From Octopus sinensis (Eukaryota): a stretch of DNA of 64,000 nucleotides. The stretch's first letter is position 1; every line of letters begins with the position of its first letter. The stretch is from NCBI RefSeq assembly GCF_006345805.1, contig NC_043005.1, forward strand, positions 71,052,001 to 71,116,000. Reading direction: 5' to 3'. Below the pieces are notes generated by a model. The model was given only the letters and a program-made list of their open reading frames with translations, was not told where the DNA came from and did not search any database. Below are positions 1-11,700 of this stretch, one piece after another. A program made the translations under genes and the position numbers.

Positions 1-2397
1 GGACAACGGTCAGGCGGTAAGTGATTACAGATGCAATGAACATCTGTACCACCTCCGCCCTTCCTTTCAAGGACAGAGACCTTCCGGACCAGGTCCGTAC
101 TATGGCCTCCACCTTGCTCGTCACCTCACTCCAGTTCCTCTCCGTTTGGGAGTCTGGCCCAAACCAGACTCCTAGCAACTTAACAGGGCCATCCGTCCAG
201 TGTCCCACGACGCTGGACGATATCGACTTGCTCCTCCAGGTGCCGAGGCGCAAGCCAACCGACTTGTCCTTGTTAACCTTTGCTCCTGCCACCGCCTCGT
301 ATCCTCTGATAGCCTCTTCCACACAAGGTAGCTGGGCCTCATTGGACACGATGAGGGTGACGTCATCCGCATAAGCAGTAACCGTCCTCCCACCTCCGAT
401 CTCATCCGAGTTGCTTCCCAGCCTCTCCAACTTTCGCAGCAATGGCTCAAGAGCCAACACGTACAAAAGTGGTGACAAGGGGCACCCTTGACGAACTGAA
501 CATTCAATCGAAAACGGTTCCGTTAGGTAACCGTTTATCTGGACGGTGGACTTGATGCCGCTATACATAGCGGAGATCCACCCGCGAAATTCAGGGCCCA
601 GTCCAGCCGCTTCGAGGACCGTCGCCAGGTACTCATGGTCTACCCTATCGAACGCTTTACTTTGGTCTAAATGGACCATTACCCCGCCCTTGCCGGTTAA
701 TTTACCCACCCTGTCTAAGGTGTAGCGTATTAGGTGAAGATTGTCCTGGATCGACCTGCCTGGAATTGCACATGTCTGTGCTCTCCCTACAAGTTTCTCT
801 ACGACAACCGTCAACCTTTTTGCCAACACCTTGGCCAAAATCTTTAACTCTACATTAAGTAGGGTTATGGGCCTGTAGTTACTAATGTTATCCCCCTTGC
901 TCGGGTCTTTCTGGATTAGCGTCACCACTCCCCGGCTTACAGAGCTGGGAATTCTCCCATTCTGCTGCCAGTTCGTGTAGACGCCTGCCAATATTCCCCC
1001 GAACAAGTCCGGCATACTTTGGTAAAACTCGTAGGGCAGACCATCCAACCCCGGCGCATCCGGCCAGTATCCCCTCTATCTCCGCGGGAGTGATCGCTTC
1101 TTCACAGCACTCCACCTCACGCCCCGAGAGCCGCGGTCCGCCGGCCAGGAAGTCCTTTAAGGTCCTCCCCCGCTCCGGCGTCACACCACCCCCGAACACG
1201 GGCGAAATGCTGGTGAAGAAACTTTTGCATCTCCTCCTGTCCATAGATCTTTTGTCCCTGTTCGTCAGTTAAAGATTTGATTGAGGCTTTGTTGCCTCTC
1301 TGACTCTCCACTCGACGGGCCCATCCGGCAACGTTAATACCTTCTCGTTTCCCAGCGCGTAGCTTAGCTCTGACTCTGCAACCTTCGTGTTTGGAGTTAA
1401 GGTGACGGTACAATACCGTCCTTGCCGCCAACACTCCGGATGCAGAGCCAGCTTCCATTGCCTCGTTTAGATTCTTAACTAGATCGTCCTCTATCCTAGA
1501 CCTATCTAACCTTAGCTGATTGCTAAATCTGATGGACTCTGAACGAATGGCTCTTTTGAGGGAGTGCCACCATCTATTGTTAATGATGGTGCCACACAAT
1601 GCCCTCTGTACTAACACCTTAATCCGGGTACGGAAGTCTTCACAATTCAAAATAGCCTTGTTCAGCTTCCAGTACCCGGGTCCCTGTCTATGACACTTGT
1701 CCAATTGCATCCCACACGTCACAAATTTGTGATCCGTGTAAGGCACAATGTGGAACTGTGGACAACTAAACGTGTCCTTATCTCTTTTCTTAATAAATAT
1801 CCTATCTAAATACGATCTGCGTGAGCCGTCGTTGTTACTCCACGTCCACTGTGGAACGCTCGGCTCATCCAGTCGGTAACGGTCTACTAGATCAAAGCTC
1901 TCTAGTAGACCCTTGAGGCTAGGGTTCCCCTTCCTATTGGTTGAGCCAACACTGTCGACCCGCGCTTCAAGGACAGTGTTAAAGTCCCCTACTAGGATTA
2001 CCGTTTTCGACGTCGCTAAAAAGGGCTCCAGGTTCCGAAAAAAACCCGCCTGTCTACTCTCGTTCGGAGCGTAGACAGCTACCAACCTGAAGGACTGTTT
2101 ACTTACGTGGGTCACATCCAGAACAACCAGCCTGCCTTCTGGGTCCAGAAAGACAGTACTTACCTGCAAGTCCAAGCTCTTCCTGATAAGGACTGCCACG
2201 CCTCTGCCTCTTCCTCGGCTAGGAGAAATAAATTTCTCGAACCCATTTAGAAGAGGCGAGAACGCTTGGGCCCCGTTCATCTTGGACTCGGTTGCAATAG
2301 CTATGTCTACTCCATGTGTCGTGAGGTCGTGCAGGAAGCAAATTTGCTTCCATTTCGACCCCATTCCACGTACATTTATACAACCCAGCTTAGCCAT
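1..2397 (-). pseudogene. Tx1 ORF2 (APE endonuclease + reverse transcriptase), frameshifted, element A
   Basis: APE motifs INVRG, VYAPN, GDFN, SYLDRIF, YTDH and PGYWKLN in 1117..2397. RT motifs QGCPLSPL and AYAD appear in shifted frames (172..507 and nearby). Confidence 0.9.
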
Positions 2398-2425
2398 TGT
2401 AGGTGAGAGAGAAAAATAAATGAAC

Positions 2426-3859
2426 TCACGGTTGGGAAAGGGAGCATGACAGTTTAAATCTGCCCGCTTCCCCTTCTTCCTCCCTTGTAGTCGTAGCTGC
2501 AGGGCTCTTGACCGGCGTTGCCACCGGGCTCTGGGTGGGTGTGGTTGCCGGGGTTATCACAAGTTTGCCCTCCATTACTTCTTTAGTCACATCTCTAATC
2601 AGTCTGTTCTTTAGATGCTCTTGAAGAACTTCTTCCTTCCACTCGTCTTCCTTTATTTTCGCGAAGCGAGTGGTTGATTTTATGTCTGTAGCCTTACTAT
2701 ATAACTTAAATTTTGAAAATTTATAGTATTTATATACTCTTTCGTTTTTTTCATCGAAAGCAATGATCTTATCATTTTTTTTAAGGACTTTTTCACATCT
2801 TGTTTTATGGGGAGGGGCTTGGCAAACTGTTTCCCAATGAAAACAGTGCCATGGGGGTAGGGCTGGGGGATTTGCTTGGTGTGTATGTCTGCTGTGCTTG
2901 CTGATTTTTTTTGTTTGGGGAGGGGAGTCCGGGGTGTTGTCTTTTTTTCTTTTATGTGTGACTTGAGTGTAGTCCATTTGTTCGGTACAATCCGTTTCTG
3001 TTTCAATACTTGTCTTCGTCTTGTTATTATCCTTTTCTGTCTTCTCCCCTTCAGTGTTGGGAACACTTTGAGGAGGAGCTTCATTTGTTTTCTTCTTTTT
3101 TATGCAGTTCGAGCGGACGTGACCCTTCTCTCCACACTTAAAACATCTGGGTCTACGTCCCTCCACTGATACTCTCATTGATGTTCCGTCTTCGTTGAAT
3201 ATCCTATCGGGTAGGTTCTCCAATATTTTGTTTTCCGCCTGCACGAGGAGTTCCAGCGTCTGTCCCTTCCAGCGTACCTCCTCTTTCTTTCTCATCTGCA
3301 GAATCGAGATTTCCCGCTCAATATTGTGCAGGACCGCCGCTGCTACCCACATTATCTCATACCCTCTCGGTATGTCCTCAACCAGCAGTTTCGCTGTTCG
3401 TTTTCCCATGTACGAGGGTAGCAGCATGATGTCATCGTTTTTCAGGGTCAACGATGATACCTCTCTAGCTACCTCAGCTGAGTCAAAATGTGCCTCAACA
3501 GTAGCACTACGCGCACCTCGGACGACATGGCGAATTTTGTCCCACACCGGGGACAGGCACTTTTCGACCATTTCATTTCTTACGTCCATGATTTTCTTGT
3601 CTTTGTAGCTATACACTTCATATATGACTGTTTTCTCCTTTATTTCTTGTACCTTTGCCTGCGGCGGTACAAGCCTGATTTCGCCTCCTTCCACCTTCAC
3701 CAGGTTCCTAAATTCGAACTGTTGTTCGATCTTGAACTCAACGTCCATCATGGCACCGCCCACCGCGGCCGAAAAAGACTGTTTTGGTACTTCTGTTTCC
3801 TTTATTTCACTTGTTCCCATCACGGGAAAATCATCCTTCGACGTCAAGTCGAAATCCAT
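2426..3859 (-). CDS. Tx1 ORF1 (gag-like nucleic-acid-binding protein), element A
   Basis: Uninterrupted ORF from MDFDLTSK, containing SFSAAVG and the zinc knuckle EGRRPRCFKCGEKGHVRSNC. Homologous to ORF1 of B, C and D. Confidence 0.85.
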   Translation of the reverse strand: MDFDLTSKDDFPVMGTSEIKETEVPKQSFSAAVGGAMMDVEFKIEQQFEFRNLVKVEGGEIRLVPPQAKVQEIKEKTVIYEVYSYKDKKIMDVRNEMVEKCLSPVWDKIRHVVRGARSATVEAHFDSAEVAREVSSLTLKNDDIMLLPSYMGKRTAKLLVEDIPRGYEIMWVAAAVLHNIEREISILQMRKKEEVRWKGQTLELLVQAENKILENLPDRIFNEDGTSMRVSVEGRRPRCFKCGEKGHVRSNCIKKKKTNEAPPQSVPNTEGEKTEKDNNKTKTSIETETDCTEQMDYTQVTHKRKKDNTPDSPPQTKKISKHSRHTHQANPPALPPWHCFHWETVCQAPPHKTRCEKVLKKNDKIIAFDEKNERVYKYYKFSKFKLYSKATDIKSTTRFAKIKEDEWKEEVLQEHLKNRLIRDVTKEVMEGKLVITPATTPTQSPVATPVKSPAATTTREEEGEAGRFKLSCSLSQP

Positions 3860-4065
3860 TTCAAAAATTACCTCGAAGGTAATAACAATACAGGTAATAA
3901 CAATACAGAATTTTCTGCCCCGTAGGGCGAAAATTACCGTTATACAACGGGCACTGTTCAATAACAATCAACACAAACAACAATAAGCAAAAATACGAAC
4001 TCTCTCAACTAAAGGCAGCTAATTCCTCAGAACGCAGATGAAAAGTAGCTAGAGAATAGAATCGA

Positions 4066-6078
4066 GATAGTGGCACATTTTAAGACATTCGTTTAAACCC
4101 TTGGAAAAAATCAGCACACACTCTGATTTTATTATTCTTTTTCTTAGTGTACACGGTTGGTGATACCCATTGACTATATTCCACTTTTTCTAGTTTCTCT
4201 AATTCTAAGTTCACCTGTTTTAATGCTGCGAACGATACAGTTTGTTTTTGTTTAGATACTGTTATGGTATTTTCTTTTATTTGAAAGTGCGCTTTCGTTT
4301 TGGTACACAGACCTAATTTATCAGACATATTTAGGTAAAATATTTAAAATTGTTTTTTTTTTTCAATTCGTAAGATGACTTATTTGTAGTGGATGGAAAA
4401 CTATTCACATTCCTACAGAAAAGATTTATGAGGTCCCATAAGTTAAATAATTCCATCCAGTCAGTTCCAAATAAATTTGTAATATTGTTGAACACAACAA
4501 CTTTGATATTCTAGATTTTTCCACGAAATGTAACATCACTTATTTTTCACGAAATGTATTGTTACTTATCAATTCGCCCTTAAAATATAATTCTTTTCCT
4601 GAAACACCATGAGCAATTTTCGAAGTTTCCTTTTTTCCATGTATCTGTATTAATTATTGAGTTGTCGCTGCCTGTATCCAATGGTAACTTTGCATTTGTG
4701 TTATTAATTTTTACATGCACAAATTTTCTTTAGGGCTCGTTTGTATTTTTTGTCACCAATAATCCGTTTACATGACTTTTTTTCTGTTAAACCATCTTTT
4801 AGGTTTTGTCCTACAGTACGACTTTTTATGGCCCATTTCACCACACATGAAATATTTTATATTTTTAAGCGGACAGTGACTTTCAAAATGTAGACCACCA
4901 CACTCATAACATGGATTCGGTCTTGACGTCTTTTTCTCTTTTGTCTTATTCGATATTGGTTGACAAACTTCAACATGAAAGCAATAATTTTCTTCAGTTT
5001 CTTTTGCATCGTGTCTTAGATTAATAATCCTCTGGCATTCTTCTGCTACTGTTTGCAGAGATAAATTTTGATCCTGTTCTAATTCTGTTAATATCAAGGA
5101 AATTATGACTGCATCTTTGCCGTAAGACCTTGAACAAAAATTAAATACTTGAACATGTCCGGGGTCAGCTCATTCAATTTGAATTTCTCACACTCTTTGT
5201 TAACCACTCCAGTATAGATGACGAAATCTTCATTATGTTTTTGACCAAATTCAAACATTGCCAACGAGTATTGAACAGGGAACTTCTTTCACTGAAAATT
5301 TTCTGACATATTGTTTCATCGAAACAAATCTCTCCTGGCTTCTTCGGTAGAATATAGTTACTATATTTTTCGTGTTCGGCAGGGGATTACTTTCTTAAAA
5401 GTAGTCGTACTTTTTCTCGTAGCACCAACTTTTACTCTCTTGTTTGAAGATTTTTCGTATCTACAAAAATAGGCAACGAAGGTAATCCCTTCTGGATTAT
5501 AACTGATTCATTTCTTCTGGATTATAGCTGAATTCTTCAACTGAGTTTGCTATGCTGTCTGGTGAGTACAAACCTCATTAATACAAGCAACAGCTGGTTT
5601 TGTTGTTGTTGCTGTTGTAGTTGTTACTGTAACTGCTGTTGTTATTTTTAAGCAACAAGACGGGTGATTAGGTGATGGTCTAGGGATTAGGGGCGGGAGG
5701 CCCCAGACCTTGGGGGGGAAAAACTTTGGTCGTTTTGTTGTAGTCGAGGACTCTTCGTTGACACCCGACACCACTGTGAGGTGGCCCTCGAAGTCACTGG
5801 AAATGGAGATCTCCAGGTCCAAATTCTTGAACGGCTGCTGTTGCAACAGCACCACGGAGACCAAAAGTCACCATGCTAAATGAGTTTTTCTTTGGTCTCG
5901 TTCCAAAAAGAAAAATTATACGTCCAACACAAGCTTCGAACAACTCACCACCACTTTCATATCCTTGCATGTTGGATGTATAATATAGTGAAGGTGGGGG
6001 GAAAGAAAGTATTTACACGACGCACTACTATTAATATTACACAAAACTCAATGCTCTGACACGGCTCACAGTGAATTA
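4066..6078 (-). mobile_element. Degenerate Gypsy/Ty3 LTR retrotransposon fragment (partial LTR, gag, start of RT)
   Basis: Gag-like EEFSYNPEEG and twin knuckles CYECGGLHFESHC / CGEMGHKKSYC, then RT start YSQWVSPTVYTKKKNNKIRVCADF. A possible LTR end (ACATCCAACA) lies near 5970. Confidence 0.75.
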
Positions 6079-6293
6079 ATTTCTTTATTACCCACTAGGG
6101 GCGACACAGTAAACATACAATCACGAATGATGAAACAATTATGAACTTTTGGGGTCAGTTAAAAATCGGAATGAACAATAAAAATCGAATGATTACACAA
6201 AGACAAATTTACAAAATTACAAAATGCAGTGGGGCGGGTCCGCGACCCCATGCTCCCCGCCACGACACTTAGCCTTGTGATTTCTTTTGCGTC

Positions 6294-9200
6294 CTATCTC
6301 GCATTTGTGAGGGACCTTTTACTCGCCACATTTTTCCATCTTTCATCAAACACTTTCTTACTCGGGCTCCTTCTCTCCAGTTCTATATGTCTTTTCAGGT
6401 GAAATTTAAAATATTCCACCAGACCTGAACCAGAGATGAAGTCGCCTGTTATTATCCCTTTCATCTTTGTCTTCCATACTGCCTGTTTCGCAGTTGAAAC
6501 CACAGAGAGAAAACAGTTCTTACCTTCTTTCGTTAAGAAATCAGGTGAGCTGATTTTTACAATGGATTCGGCTGATAGCTGTACTCTTCCTCCACTTGAC
6601 ATCAGTTGTTCGGCAAAAACCCACATGTCTGCCACCCCCGGGCACTGTACGATCGCGTGCGAGACGGTTTCCCTATCTCGCCCACATCTCGCACAGGTCG
6701 GGCTGACTGAGGCTCCTTCCCTTGCAAGTTTGTCTCGAACAGGTAAGGCTCCTCGGTAACACTGCCAAGCCAAAGACTTCTGGAAATTATCCAGTGCCTT
6801 CGGCCCGAATGTACGTCGGAACAGACTGGCCAGCTGATTATCGTCGAAACCTAGGGTTTCCCCTAGCGTATCATCGTTGCCGGCCTCTACCAACCCTCTA
6901 TAAAACACAGCGGTAGAACCACTGCCGCAGGCATTGCCCGAGCGACGGAATAGTCGGAGTGCCTTACGACACTCCGTGTACCATGTACACAACTTCGATC
7001 TACGATTGTACCAGTCTTCCCGTTCACCGAAACTGGTGAACCTGGGAAACATCTGCTTCGCCAGCGGAGACCACACCCGTTCACTACCCAGATGGAGTCA
7101 CAGGTGCCTTAGCCTCAGCGCATCTCTGCGCTTCATTAGCCACGGCATCCCTAGTCCACCCTTTAACGGTTTTTGACAACAAACAGAGCGTCTCACAAGT
7201 GGTTTCGAGCCCTTCCACAAGAAGCGAAAGAGCTGTCTTTCCAACCTGGTCAACCACGAATCCGGGCAAGGCAAGACGGTAAGTGATCACCGATGCGATA
7301 AACACATTGGCTACCTCCGCCCTACCTTTCAGGGATAGCCACCGCCAGGACCAGGTCCTGACTTCTGCGGCCACCCTGCTCGATACCTCGCTCCAGTTCT
7401 TCTCTAAAACCAGACCCCGAGTAACTTAATCGGGCCCTCCGTCCAACGTCCCACGACGCTGTCTGGAGGCATCGACTTGCCTCTCCAGGTGTCGAGTTGC
7501 AAGCCGACTGACTTTTCGCGATTAACTTTTGCTTCTGTCACCGTCTCGTACACCTCTATGGCCTTGCCTACTTTACGTAGGAGATCCATTTCGGTCACGA
7601 TGATAGTGATGTCATCCGCGTACGCCGAAACCGACATTCCACGACCTGGCTGCCTCGGGATGCCACTCAGTTTTCGCAGCAGCGGCTCCAGAGCCACTAC
7701 ATACAAAAGCGGGGAGAGCGGACATCCCTGACGGACCAAGCGTTTGACCTTGAACGGCTTAGAAAGAAAGCCGTTCACCCAAACTACCGAGTCGACGTTG
7801 TCGTACATTTCTATGATCCACCTGAGGAAGCCAAGACCCAGGCCGAGCTGCGCCAGAACGGACACCAGGTAATGATGGTCGACCCTATCGAAGGCTTTTG
7901 ACTGGTCTAAATGGACCACTGCCCCTCCCTTGCCGGGATCTTTATCCATTCCCTCTATCGTGTATCTGATCAGATGGAGATTATCCTGAATGGTTCTGCC
8001 CGGTACGGCGCACGTCTGCGCTTTCCCGATCAGTCCATTCGCGACACGCGCCAATCTGTTCGGTAACACTTTGGCCAGAATCTTCAACTCTGCGTTATGC
8101 AGAGATATGGGCCTAAAATGATCAATGACGTCCCCCTTGCTCTGGTCTTTCCTGATTAGTGTCACAACTCCCCGGCGCACAGATTTGGGTATAAACCCAT
8201 TCTGCTGCCAGTTTGCGTAGACGTTCGTCAGTAAGTCCCCGAACAAGTCCGGCATACTTTTATAAAGCTCGTAGGGCAGACCATCCAGTCCCGGTACCTT
8301 ACCCGCACCGCAGTCTGCCATGGCCTCTATTACCTCCTCAGGCGTGATCGGCTTCTCACTACACTCCGCGTCCCGCCCCGAGAGGCGCGGCAGACCGTCG
8401 AGGAGGTCCGTGAGGTCCCTCCTACTATCCCCCCCCTCAAAGAGCTGGGCGAAGTGGTCCTGAAAAGCTTGACACATCTCCTCGGGCTCGTCTGTCAACT
8501 TACCCTATTGGTTCGTCAGAGGTCGAATTGTGGCATTGTTGCCACGTTGGGTTTCCACCACTCAGGCCCATCTCGCGGCATTAATTCCTTCGCTCCCCGT
8601 TGTACGTTGTCTCGCCCTGACAATGCAACCCATGTGTTTGGCTTCGAGGTGCTGGTTTAAAACCAGTCTCTTGGCCTTCACCTGAGCCGCGTTGCCAGTT
8701 CGCATTGCTTCCTCTAAGTCCTTAATTAAAGTAGTTTCTTTTCTAGCCTCTCTAGCTACAAGATCTGTACTATACCTAATGGACTCATATTTTATGGCTC
8801 GCTTGAGGGCATACCACCACTTGTTGTTTATAATGGAGCCGGTCATGGCCTTCTGAATCATTAACCTAATCCTTTCACTGTACTCCTTAATCGCCAAAAG
8901 GGACGTATTAAGTTTCCAGTAACCAGGACCTCTATTTATCTTATCTACGTCTAGCCTACAGGTGACCATCTTGTGGTCACTGTAGCTGACTATGTGGAGT
9001 TGTGGACTCTTAACTAGATTCTTATTTACCTTCCTAATTAATATCCTGTCTATGTATGACCTTGACGATCCGTCGCTGTTTGACCATGTCCACGATGGAG
9101 CGTCCGGATATTCCAGTCTATATGGATCTACCAGCTCAAAACGTCTTAGTAGATCCAGGAAGCCAGCGTTTCCTTTCCTATTTGTTTGCGAGCCTTCACA

Positions 9201-9653
9201 GTCTACCCGCACATCGCAGATTGTGTTGAAGTCCCCTAACATTACTAAAGGGCACGATGTACGCAGGAACCTCTCCAGATTCCGAAAATAATCACTTGTC
9301 CCCTTCTTGCTGGGAGCGTAAACCGCAACCAGTCTGATTGTCTTACAACTACTGAACGTCAAATCGACGACGACCAGCATACCTTCTGGATCTGCAAAAA
9401 TCAACTTTTTCCCAGAAACCCGGTTCTTTTTAACCAGGACCAACACCCCGCTTCCGCCGCCCGCCGGGTTCGGAGAGATAATTCCCTCGTAGCCGTCGAA
9501 CAACGGGAGCAGATCTCTTGGCCCCTTTAACCGGGTTTCTGTGGCAACAACAACATCTAAATCCCGTGACCTGATGTCATTTAGGAGGCGCCCTTGCTTC
9601 CAGCTCATCATCAGGCCACGCACATTTAAACACCCTACACAAATGCGAGACAT
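6294..9653 (-). pseudogene. Tx1 ORF2 (APE-RT-CCHC), element B, interrupted
   Basis: ORF pieces 8562..9653 (APE), 7404..8498 (RT: LDQSKAFDRV, QGCPLSP, AYADD), 7084..7374, and 6294..7076 (CARCGRDRETVSHAIVQC). Confidence 0.9.
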
Positions 9654-9654
9654 T

Positions 9655-11188
9655 ACTTACCTTATCAGTTTTTTCCTGCTCTGGTGGTCGTGAGGATGAA
9701 GTCCGCTTTAAATAATGACTCGTGTAAGTCGAGTCGCGGACCCTTAATATCCCCCGGGAGTACCCTATGTGTGTTGATCTCGTGTGCCGTTGGGACATTG
9801 TCCAGTTATTTAGTTAGTCTGTCGTTTGCATTGTTTATAGAAATGTATACTGTCTCGAACTCTATTATTTTTTCCCCTTTTTGGGGGCTTTGTGGTGGTG
9901 ATGGGCAGGAGATCGGGGAGTATGATATGGGGGAAACTGGGGAGGAGTTTGGGAGGGGAGGGAGTTGCTCGGGACTGGGGGTGGCTTGGGTTGGGCTGGG
10001 GGGGGTCTTCTCTTTTTTCTCTTTTTGTGGGGGTGGGGTAGATTTTCCCCCCCTGTATGTTTGATTTCTTTTTGTGTGTGTCTGGCTTGGGTGGGTTAGT
10101 ATCAATGTTTTTCCTCTTTGGGTTTTTCTTTGGCCTCACCGTTGTGTAGGCATTTTCGTCCTCCTTTGGCTTTTCTTCCTCCATTTTCTCTTCTTCTGTC
10201 GTTTTTTCTTCTTCACTTTTCCCCACATTCGTAGCATCGAGGCTTTCGCCCTTCCACTACCACCCGCAAGTTGATTTCCTCGTCGAATTGGATGTTTTCT
10301 GGGACTTCTTCCATCGTTTCTGGGGTTGCCTGTATTATTACATGCAGAGTCTGGCCTCTCCAATTTTCTCTTTTTATCTTCGTGATATTAACCACTCTTA
10401 TCTTCTCCAGCCCCATTATTAATGCTGGGAGCAACCACTTCACCTCAATTTCTGGTGGTATGTCCTCGACCCTTATTTTGGCTGTTCTCCTCCCCAAATA
10501 AGAGGGTAGTAGAATTACCTCGCTTGTTTTGATTGGGGTCAAGGAATGTTTCTTTGCCATTTCCTCGTCTCTAAAGTACACCTCGATAGTGGCGTACTTT
10601 TTCCCCCAAGTTACATAATCTACGTCGTTCCATACCGACTGCAGACACTTCTCTGCTTAGTCCTTTGATATTTTCTAGATTTTTTTTCTCTTTTGTTAAG
10701 TAAGACTTGTAAATTACGACTCTTTTTAGCGTTTCTTCTCTTATTATTTGTGGGAGGGTTGCTTTCACATTGTTCCCCTCCTTTGTGAACATTTTCTTAC
10801 AGTTCTCATAATCTACTTCCTCCATCTTGATCTCTTCCATTTTCCTTCCTGCAGCAGCTGCGAAATTGTATGTCTTCTCTTTTCCTTTGGAAGACGAACC
10901 TTCAATTCCTTTGGTTGCTCCATCAGAAAATGAACTTTCAGCAACTTTACCTGTTTTTATACTTTTTTCCGCTTCAGCAACATTAGCTGTTTTTCCAGCA
11001 GGCGAACATTCGTCAGCTTCAGCTTTTCCCGCAGGCAAAACTTCGGCATCTTTAGTTTTTTCATCAGGCGAGCCTTCGACAATTTTCAATTTGGTAGACG
11101 AATCTACTACATTTTCTTTTGAGGGTAAACCTCCGTTGGACATTTTTCCATCGAACATTTTTTCAGCTGAAAAAATGTTTTTGTTCAT
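9655..11188 (-). pseudogene. Tx1 ORF1, element B, frameshifted
   Basis: NFAAAAG motif, LLPSYLGRRTAKI, knuckle EGRKPRCYECG and a proline-rich linker, spread over several frames. Confidence 0.8.
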
Positions 11189-11700
11189 TTTCCAGAATTG
11201 TGTTTTTTTTTTTTTTTTTAAATTGTGTTACAACACGCAGTATTTCCCCTCCTTATAGGAGGGGAATAACAAAATTTTCTGGTTCAAAACTAATTAGTTT
11301 TCAGTATATCGACAAACAATTCTTAAACAAAACGATATTAACAAAATTTAAAACAGTACTTTGACTCACGTACCATTCAAAAGTACAAAGAACGTAAACA
11401 AGCGGCGGTTCACAAAAAAACACGATGTATCCAGGTTTTATTTCTTTATTACCCACAAGGGGCTAACGAAGAGGGGGACAACACATCATGATTTGGGGTC
11501 ATGAAGCACGGATGAAATTTACATATAAATGATCTTTAAAAATATTACATGAAATCGAAGACAAAATCGAGGAAATTCGAATGATACACAAATTTTTACA
11601 GCACAACATAAAAACGACACATGAAGGGGGAACACCAGAATTGCCGACCCCACGAGTCCTGTTTTTCCCACCGAAACTCGGCAGCCAACTTACAGCGTGT

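Larger units (their letters stand above)
1..4065 (-). mobile_element. Tx1-clade non-LTR retrotransposon, element A (3' end outside window)
   Basis: ORF1 with CCHC knuckle followed by ORF2 with APE endonuclease and RT motifs. The 5' UTR abuts truncated Gypsy pol at ~4066. Confidence 0.9.
6079..11435 (-). mobile_element. Tx1-clade retrotransposon, element B, full length, decayed
   Basis: 5' UTR, ORF1, ORF2, 3' UTR and terminal GCCCCTAGTGGGTAATAAAGAAAT. Confidence 0.9.

Noticed and set aside
5550-5864. 104-aa ORF within the Gypsy leader
   Set aside because: Partly microsatellite-derived, with no convincing motif. The resemblance of PFKNLDLEIS to Penelope RT is too weak.
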